The notes under the pieces were generated by a model, which saw nothing but the letters and a program-made list of their open reading frames with translations, did no database searches and was not told where the DNA came from. Positions 55,363-64,000 of a DNA stretch of 64,000 bases are shown piece by piece (the first letter of the stretch is position 1; each line of letters opens with the position of its first letter). The position numbers and the translations under genes are program-made. The DNA is from the human T2T-CHM13v2.0 reference genome, Homo sapiens. The stretch lies in assembly GCF_009914755.1 (NCBI RefSeq), contig NC_060937.1; one strand, given 5' to 3'.

Positions 55363-58300
55363 TCAAAGCGCTCCAAATGTCCACATCCAGATACTCCAGA
55401 AAGAGTGTTTCAAACCTGCTCTATGAAAGGGAATCTTCAACTCTATGAGTTGAATGCAGACATCAGAAAGAAATTTCTGAGAATGCTGCTGTCTACCTTT
55501 TATTTGAATTCCCGCTTCCAACGAAATCCTCCAAGCTATCCAAATATCCACTTGCAGATTCCACAAAAAGAGTGTTTCAAAACTGCTCTCTATCAATGGC
55601 AAAGTTCAACTCTGTTAGTTGAGGACACATATCACCAACAAGTTTCTGAGAATGCTTCTGTCTATTTTTTATGGGAAGATATTTCCTTTTTCACCGTAGG
55701 CGTCAAGGCGATCGAAATGTCCACTTCCACAAACTACAAAAAGAGTGTTTCAAACCTGCTCTATGAAAGGCCATGTTCATCTCTATGAGTCGAATGGAAA
55801 TATCCGAAAGAAATTTCTGGGAATGCTGCTGTCTAGTTTTTATACGAATTCCCGCTTCCAACGAAATCCTCAAAGCAATCCAAATATCCACTTGCAGAAT
55901 CCACAAAAAGAGTGTTTCAAAACTGCTCTATCAATAGAAAGGTTCAACTCTTTTAGTTGAGTACACACATCACAAACAAGTTTCTGAGAATGCTTCTGTC
56001 TGGCTTTTATTGGAAGACGTTTCCTTTTCACCAAAGGCATCAAAGCGCTCCAAATGTCCACTTCCAGATTCTTCCAAAAGAGTGTTTGAAACGTGCTCAA
56101 AGTAAGGGAATGTTCAACTCTGTGACTTGAATGCAGATATCACCAAGTAGTTTCTAATAGTGCTTCTGTCTAGATTTTAGATGATGATATTCCCGTTTCC
56201 AACGAAATCGTTAGAGCTATCCAAATATCCACTTACAGTTTCTACAAAAAGAGTGTTTCCAAACTGCTGCATCAAAAGAAAGGTTCAACTCTGTTAGTTG
56301 AGGACACACATCACAAAGAAGTTTGTGAGAATGCTTCTGTCTAGATTTTGTATGACCATATTCCCTTTTCCAGCGATATCATTAAAGCAATCTAAATATC
56401 CATTTGCAGAATCCACAAAAATAGAGTTTCAAAGCTGCTCTGTAAAAAGAAAGGTTCCACTCTGTTAGCTGAGTACACACATCACAAACTTGTTTCTGAG
56501 AATCCTTCTGTCTCGTTTTTATGGGAAGATATTTACTTTTTCACCGTAGGCATCAAAGCGCTCCAAATGTCCACATCCAGATACTCCAGAAAGAGTGTTT
56601 CAAACCTGCTCTATGAAAGGGAATCTTCAACTCTATGAGTTGAATGCAGACATCAGAAAGAAATTTCTGAGAATGCTGCTGTCTACCTTTTATTTGAATT
56701 CCCGCTTCCAACGAAATCCTCCAAGCTATCCAAATATCCACCTGCATTTTCCACAAAAAGAGCGTTTCAAAACTGCTCTATCAATAGAAATGTTCAACTC
56801 CTTTGGCTGGGTACACACATCACAAACAAGTTTCTGAGAATGCTTCTGTCTAGTTTTTATGGGAAGACATTCCCTTTTTCACCAAAGGCATCAAAGCGCT
56901 CCAAATGTCCACTTCCAGACACTACAAAAAGAGTGTTTCCAACGTGCTCTAAGAAAGCGAATGTTCAACTCTGTGACTTGAATGCAGATATCACAAAGTA
57001 GTTTCTGAGAGGGCTTCTGTCTAGATTTTAGATGATGATATTCCCGTTTCCAACGAAATCATTAGAGCTATCCAAATATCCACTTACAGTTTCTACAAAA
57101 AGAGTGTTTCCAAACTGCTGCATCAAAAGAGAGGTTCCACTCTGTTAGCTGAGTACACACATCACAAACTTGTTTCTCAGAATCCTTCTGTCTCGTTTTT
57201 CTGGGAAGATATTTACTTTTTCACCGTAGGCATCAAAGCGCTCCAAATGTCCACATCCAGATACTCCAGAAAGAGTGTTTCAAACCTGCTCTATGAAAGG
57301 GAATCTTCAACTCTATGAGTTGAATGCAGACATCAGAAAGAAATTTCTGAGAATGCTGCTGTCTACCTTTTATTTGAATTCCCGCTTCCAACGAAATCCT
57401 CCAAGCTATCCAAATATCCACTTGCAGATTCCACAAAAAGAGTGTTTCAAAACTGCTCTCTATCAATGGCAAAGTTCAACTCTGTTAGTTGAGGACACAT
57501 ATCACCAACAAGTTTCTGAGAATGCTTCTGTCTATTTTTTATGGGAAGATATTTCCTTTTTCACCGTAGGCGTCAAGGCGATCGAAATGTCCACTTCCAC
57601 AAACTACAAAAAGAGTGTTTCAAACCTGCTCTATGAAAGGCCATGTTCATCTCTATGAGTCGAATGGAAATATCCGAAAGAAATTTCTGGGAATGCTGCT
57701 GTCTAGTTTTTATACGAATTCCCGCTTCCAACGAAATCCTCAAAGCAATCCAAATATCCACTTGCAGAATCCACAAAAAGAGTGTTTCAAAACTGCTCTA
57801 TCAATAGAAAGGTTCAACTCTTTTAGTTGAGTACACACATCACAAACAAGTTTCTGAGAATGCTTCTGTCTGGCTTTTATTGGAAGACGTTTCCTTTTCA
57901 CCAAAGGCATCAAAGCGCTCCAAATGTCCACTTCCAGATTCTTCCAAAAGAGTGTTTGAAACGTGCTCAAAGTAAGGGAATGTTCAACTCTGTGACTTGA
58001 ATGCAGATATCACCAAGTAGTTTCTAATAGTGCTTCTGTCTAGATTTTAGATGATGATATTCCCGTTTCCAACGAAATCGTTAGAGCTATCCAAATATCC
58101 ACTTACAGTTTCTACAAAAAGAGTGTTTCCAAACTGCTGCATCAAAAGAAAGGTTCAACTCTGTTAGTTGAGGACACACATCACAAAGAAGTTTGTGAGA
58201 ATGCTTCTGTCTAGATTTTGTATGACCATATTCCCTTTTCCAGCGATATCATTAAAGCAATCTAAATATCCATTTGCAGAATCCACAAAAATAGAGTTTC

Positions 58301-61300
58301 AAAGCTGCTCTGTAAAAAGAAAGGTTCCACTCTGTTAGCTGAGTACACACATCACAAACTTGTTTCTCAGAATCCTTCTGTCTCGTTTTTATGGGAAGAT
58401 ATTTACTTTTTCACCGTAGGCATCAAAGCGCTCCAAATGTCCACATCCAGATACTCCAGAAAGAGTGTTTCAAACCTGCTCTATGAAAGGGAATCTTCAA
58501 CTCTATGAGTTGAATGCAGACATCAGAAAGAAATTTCTGAGAATGCTGCTGTCTACCTTTTATTTGAACTCCCGCTTCCAACGAAATCCTCCAAGCTATC
58601 CAAATATCCACTTGCATTTTCCACAAAAAGAGTGCTTCAAAACTGCTCTATCAATAAATGTTCAACTCCTTTAGCTGGGTGCACACATCACAAACAAGTT
58701 TCTGAGAATGCTTCTGTCTAGTTTTTATGGGAAGACATTCCCTTTTTCACCAAAGGCATCAAAGCGCTCCAAATGTCCACTTCCAGACACTACAAAAAGA
58801 GTGTTTCCAACGTGCTCTAAGAAAGCGAATGTTCAACTCTGTGACTTGAATGCAGATATCACAAAGTAGTTTCTGAGAGGGCTTCTGTCTAGATTTTAGA
58901 TGATGATATTCCCGTTTCCAACGAAATCATTAGAGCTATCCAAATATCCACTTACGGTTTCTACAAAAAGAGTGTTTCCAAACTGCTGCATCAAAAGAGA
59001 GGTTCCACTCTGTTAGCTGAGTACACACATCACAAACTTGTTTCTGAGAATCCTTCTGTGTCGTTTTTATGGGAAGATATTTACTTTTTCACCGTAGGCA
59101 TCAAAGCGCTCCAAATGTCCACATCCAGATACTCCAGAAAGAGTGTTTCAAACCTGCTCTATGAAAGGGAATCTTCAACTCTATGAGTTGAATGCAGACA
59201 TCAGAAAGAAATTTCTGAGAATGCTGCTGTCTACCTTTTATTTGAATTCCCGCTTCCAACGAAATCCTCCAAGCTATCCAAATATCCACTTGCAGATTCC
59301 ACAAAAAGAGTGTTTCAAAACTGCTCTCTATCAATGGCAAAGTTCAACTCTGTTAGTTGAGGACACATATCACCAACAAGTTTCTGAGAATGCTTCTGTC
59401 TATTTTTTATGGGAAGATATTTCCTTTTTCACCGTAGGCGTCAAGGCGATCGAAATGTCCACTTCCACAAACTACAAAAAGAGTGTTTCAAACCTGCTCT
59501 ATGAAAGGCCATGTTCATCTCTATGAGTCGAATGGAAATATCCGAAAGAAATTTCTGGGAATGCTGCTGTCTAGTTTTTATACGAATTCCCGCTTCCAAC
59601 GAAATCCTCAAAGCAATCCAAATATCCACTTGCAGAATCCACAAAAAGAGTGTTTCAAAACTGCTCTATCAATAGAAAGGTTCAACTCTTTTAGTTGAGT
59701 ACACACATCACAAACAAGTTTCTGAGAATGCTTCTGTCTGGCTTTTATTGGAAGACGTTTCCTTTTCACCAAAGGCATCAAAGCGCTCCAAATGTCCACT
59801 TCCAGATTCTTCCAAAAGAGTGTTTGAAACGTGCTCAAAGTAAGGGAATGTTCAACTCTGTGACTTGAATGCAGATATCACCAAGTAGTTTCTAATAGTG
59901 CTTCTGTCTAGATTTTAGATGATGATATTCCCGTTTCCAACGAAATCGTTAGAGCTATCCAAATATCCACTTACAGTTTCTACAAAAAGAGTGTTTCCAA
60001 ACTGCTGCATCAAAAGAAAGGTTCAACTCTGTTAGTTGAGGACACACATCACAAAGAAGTTTGTGAGAATGCTTCTGTCTAGATTTTGTATGACCATATT
60101 CCCTTTTCCAGCGATATCATTAAAGCAATCTAAATATCCATTTGCAGAATCCACAAAAATAGAGTTTCAAAGCTGCTCTGTAAAAAGAAAGGTTCCACTC
60201 TGTTAGCTGAGTACACACATCACAAACTTGTTTCTGAGAATCCTTCTGTCTCGTTTTTATGGGAAGATATTTACTTTTTCACCGTAGGCATCAAAGCGCT
60301 CCAAATGTCCACATCCAGATACTCCAGAAAGAGTGTTTCAAACCTGCTCTATGAAAGGGAATCTTCAACTCTATGAGTTGAATGCAGACATCAGAAAGAA
60401 ATTTCTGAGAATGCTGCTGTCTACCTTTTATTTGAATTCCCGCTTCCAACGAAATCCTCCAAGCTATCCAAATATCCACCTGCATTTTCCACAAAAAGAG
60501 CGTTTCAAAACTGCTCTATCAATAGAAATGTTCAACTCCTTTGGCTGGGTACACACATCACAAACAAGTTTCTGAGAATGCTTCTGTCTAGTTTTTATGG
60601 GAAGACATTCCCTTTTTCACCAAAGGCATCAAAGCGCTCCAAATGTCCACTTCCAGACACTACAAAAAGAGTGTTTCCAACGTGCTCTAAGAAAGCGAAT
60701 GTTCAACTCTGTGACTTGAATGCAGATATCACAAAGTAGTTTCTGAGAGGGCTTCTGTCTAGATTTTAGATGATGATATTCCCGTTTCCAACGAAATCAT
60801 TAGAGCTATCCAAATATCCACTTACAGTTTCTACAAAAAGAGTGTTTCCAAACTGCTGCATCAAAAGAGAGGTTCCACTCTGTTAGCTGAGTACACACAT
60901 CACAAACTTGTTTCTCAGAATCCTTCTGTCTCGTTTTTCTGGGAAGATATTTACTTTTTCACCGTAGGCATCAAAGCGCTCCAAATGTCCACATCCAGAT
61001 ACTCCAGAAAGAGTGTTTCAAACCTGCTCTATGAAAGGGAATCTTCAACTCTATGAGTTGAATGCAGACATCAGAAAGAAATTTCTGAGAATGCTGCTGT
61101 CTACCTTTTATTTGAATTCCCGCTTCCAACGAAATCCTCCAAGCTATCCAAATATCCACTTGCAGATTCCACAAAAAGAGTGTTTCAAAACTGCTCTCTA
61201 TCAATGGCAAAGTTCAACTCTGTTAGTTGAGGACACATATCACCAACAAGTTTCTGAGAATGCTTCTGTCTATTTTTTATGGGAAGATATTTCCTTTTTC

Positions 61301-64000
61301 ACCGTAGGCGTCAAGGCGATCGAAATGTCCACTTCCACAAACTACAAAAAGAGTGTTTCAAACCTGCTCTATGAAAGGCCATGTTCATCTCTATGAGTCG
61401 AATGGAAATATCCGAAAGAAATTTCTGGGAATGCTGCTGTCTAGTTTTTATACGAATTCCCGCTTCCAACGAAATCCTCAAAGCAATCCAAATATCCACT
61501 TGCAGAATCCACAAAAAGAGTGTTTCAAAACTGCTCTATCAATAGAAAGGTTCAACTCTTTTAGTTGAGTACACACATCACAAACAAGTTTCTGAGAATG
61601 CTTCTGTCTGGCTTTTATTGGAAGACGTTTCCTTTTCACCAAAGGCATCAAAGCGCTCCAAATGTCCACTTCCAGATTCTTCCAAAAGAGTGTTTGAAAC
61701 GTGCTCAAAGTAAGGGAATGTTCAACTCTGTGACTTGAATGCAGATATCACCAAGTAGTTTCTAATAGTGCTTCTGTCTAGATTTTAGATGATGATATTC
61801 CCGTTTCCAACGAAATCGTTAGAGCTATCCAAATATCCACTTACAGTTGCTACAAAAAGAGTGTTTCCAAACTGCTGCATCAAAAGAAAGGTTCAACTCT
61901 GTTAGTTGAGGACACACATCACAAAGAAGTTTGTGAGAATGCTTCTGTCTAGATTTTGTATGACCATATTCCCTTTTCCAGCGATATCATTAAAGCAATC
62001 TAAATATCCATTTGCAGAATCCACAAAAATAGAGTTTCAAAGCTGCTCTGTAAAAAGAAAGGTTCCACTCTGTTAGCTGAGTACACACATCACAAACTTG
62101 TTTCTCAGAATCCTTCTGTCTCGTTTTTATGGGAAGATATTTACTTTTTCACCGTAGGCATCAAAGCGCTCCAAATGTCCACATCCAGATACTCCAGAAA
62201 GAGTGTTTCAAACCTGCTCTATGAAAGGGAATCTTCAACTCTATGAGTTGAATGCAGACATCAGAAAGAAATTTCTGAGAATGCTGCTGTCTACCTTTTA
62301 TTTGAACTCCCGCTTCCAACGAAATCCTCCAAGCTATCCAAATATCCACTTGCATTTTCCACAAAAAGAGTGCTTCAAAACTGCTCTATCAATAAATGTT
62401 CAACTCCTTTAGCTGGGTGCACACATCACAAACAAGTTTCTGAGAATGCTTCTGTCTAGTTTTTATGGGAAGACATTCCCTTTTTCACCAAAGGCATCAA
62501 AGCGCTCCAAATGTCCACTTCCAGACACTACAAAAAGAGTGTTTCCAACGTGCTCTAAGAAAGCGAATGTTCAACTCTGTGACTTGAATGCAGATATCAC
62601 AAAGTAGTTTCTGAGAGGGCTTCTGTCTAGATTTTAGATGATGATATTCCCGTTTCCAACGAAATCATTAGAGCTATCCAAATATCCACTTACGGTTTCT
62701 ACAAAAAGAGTGTTTCCAAACTGCTGCATCAAAAGAGAGGTTCCACTCTGTTAGCTGAGTACACACATCACAAACTTGTTTCTGAGAATCCTTCTGTGTC
62801 GTTTTTATGGGAAGATATTTACTTTTTCACCGTAGGCATCAAAGCGCTCCAAATGTCCACATCCAGATACTCCAGAAAGAGTGTTTCAAACCTGCTCTAT
62901 GAAAGGGAATCTTCAACTCTATGAGTTGAATGCAGACATCAGAAAGAAATTTCTGAGAATGCTGCTGTCTACCTTTTATTTGAATTCCCGCTTCCAACGA
63001 AATCCTCCAAGCTATCCAAATATCCACTTGCAGATTCCACAAAAAGAGTGTTTCAAAACTGCTCTCTATCAATGGCAAAGTTCAACTCTGTTAGTTGAGG
63101 ACACATATCACCAACAAGTTTCTGAGAATGCTTCTGTCTATTTTTTATGGGAAGATATTTCCTTTTTCACCGTAGGCGTCAAGGCGATCGAAATGTCCAC
63201 TTCCACAAACTACAAAAAGAGTGTTTCAAACCTGCTCTATGAAAGGCCATGTTCATCTCTATGAGTCGAATGGAAATATCCGAAAGAAATTTCTGGGAAT
63301 GCTGCTGTCTAGTTTTTATACGAATTCCCGCTTCCAACGAAATCCTCAAAGCAATCCAAATATCCACTTGCAGAATCCACAAAAAGAGTGTTTCAAAACT
63401 GCTCTATCAATAGAAAGGTTCAACTCTTTTAGTTGAGTACACACATCACAAACAAGTTTCTGAGAATGCTTCTGTCTGGCTTTTATTGGAAGACGTTTCC
63501 TTTTCACCAAAGGCATCAAAGCGCTCCAAATGTCCACTTCCAGATTCTTCCAAAAGAGTGTTTGAAACGTGCTCAAAGTAAGGGAATGTTCAACTCTGTG
63601 ACTTGAATGCAGATATCACCAAGTAGTTTCTAATAGTGCTTCTGTCTAGATTTTAGATGATGATATTCCCGTTTCCAACGAAATCGTTAGAGCTATCCAA
63701 ATATCCACTTACAGTTTCTACAAAAAGAGTGTTTCCAAACTGCTGCATCAAAAGAAAGGTTCAACTCTGTTAGTTGAGGACACACATCACAAAGAAGTTT
63801 GTGAGAATGCTTCTGTCTAGATTTTGTATGACCATATTCCCTTTTCCAGCGATATCATTAAAGCAATCTAAATATCCATTTGCAGAATCCACAAAAATAG
63901 AGTTTCAAAGCTGCTCTGTAAAAAGAAAGGTTCCACTCTGTTAGCTGAGTACACACATCACAAACTTGTTTCTGAGAATCCTTCTGTCTCGTTTTTATGG
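55363..64000. repeat. Recent tandem duplication, 3738-bp period (11b+11a = 22 monomers), ~2.3 copies
   Basis: Modules alternate b,a,b,a. The rare SNV TTACGGTTT occurs at 58956 and 62694 (offset 3738). Confidence 0.8.

Larger units (their letters stand above)
1..64000 (-). repeat. Alpha-satellite higher-order repeat array, SF2 dimeric type; best match D13Z1/D21Z1 (S2C13/21H1L), probably chr13
   Basis: ~170-bp monomers with alphoid motifs (e.g. GAATGCTTCTGTCTAG, AAAAGAGTGTTTC, TTCAACTCTGT) throughout. CENP-B boxes and pJalpha-type boxes alternate. The ORF track recurs at exact offsets of 1190, 1868 and 1870 bp. The segments GTCTACCTTTTATTTGAATTCCCG and AGTTTTTATGGGAAGACATTCCCT, and the 11-mer with 5 CENP-B boxes, match what I recall of alpha21-I/D13Z1. 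The alpha-satellite call is near certain; the 13/21 family is likely; chr13 versus chr21 is less certain. Confidence 0.97.

Noticed and set aside
303-63576. More than 200 short ORFs (63-127 aa) on both strands
   Set aside because: They are chance open frames in alpha satellite that repeat with the HOR and overlap on both strands. Many start at GTG/TTG, I recognise no domain, and single SNVs open or close them (e.g. 4659, 39790, 49011).
450-63683. Apparent invariance of all intact CENP-B boxes as evidence of selection
   Set aside because: The boxes cover only ~4% of the sequence and variants are few, so seeing no hits is expected by chance.
1-64000. CRISPR-like or other repeat-spacer system suggested by the regularly spaced 17-bp motif
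   Set aside because: The intervening sequence is itself repeated rather than unique spacers, there are no cas or other genes, and the motif is the CENP-B box.
1-64000. Assignment to other SF2 arrays with similar HOR sizes (chr8 D8Z2, chr9 D9Z4)
   Set aside because: HOR sizes alone are compatible, but the sequence motifs match my recollection of the chr13/21 11-mer. This is disfavoured rather than excluded; HumAS-HMMER or alignment to T2T-CHM13 would decide.
1-64000. Computationally modelled centromere sequence (GRCh38-style Markov model) as the source of the mosaicism
   Set aside because: Rare SNVs are linked across kilobases at exact offsets (5440, 31102), which a short-range monomer model would be unlikely to produce.
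1-64000. Hidden insertion, inversion or transposon (L1/Alu)
   Set aside because: Module lengths sum exactly (302 + 40x1190 + 12x678 + 10x680 = 62838), leaving no room for an insert, and orientation is uniform.
1-64000. Centromeric ncRNA genes, promoters or kinetochore position
   Set aside because: Alpha-satellite transcription and the CENP-A domain are defined epigenetically and cannot be located from sequence alone.

Overview
The whole 64-kb window is non-coding primate, almost certainly human, centromeric alpha-satellite DNA. It holds about 376 monomers of ~170 bp in one orientation, with CENP-B boxes on the minus strand. I see no genes, transposons, inversions or unique sequence. The dimeric A/B-box monomers best match the suprachromosomal family 2 active array shared by chr13 and chr21 (S2C13/21H1L, D13Z1/D21Z1). 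The abundant 7-mer favours D13Z1, but this is from recall, not a database search. The array is built from a 1190-bp 7-monomer module (41 copies, the last truncated) and a 4-monomer module in two alleles (678 bp x12, 680 bp x10). These give 18 complete 7-mer and 22 complete 11-mer higher-order repeats (HORs). With the phase anchored at 303, the order is: 7,11a,7,11a,11b,7,7,7,11b,7,7,7,11b,7,11a,7,7,11a*,7,11a,11b,11b,7,7,11a,11a,11b,11a,7,7,11a,11b,11a,11b,7,7,11b,11a,11b,11a,(partial). All ORFs in the track are repeat-derived artefacts, and I found no new protein-coding system. The real interest is the record of recent centromere evolution: SNV haplotypes specific to each HOR type, recent 5440-bp and 3738-bp tandem duplications, a ~9.86-kb super-period, dispersed duplications, and a 24-bp tract showing 7 of 8 possible three-SNV haplotypes. 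All SNV calls were read by eye and may be incomplete.
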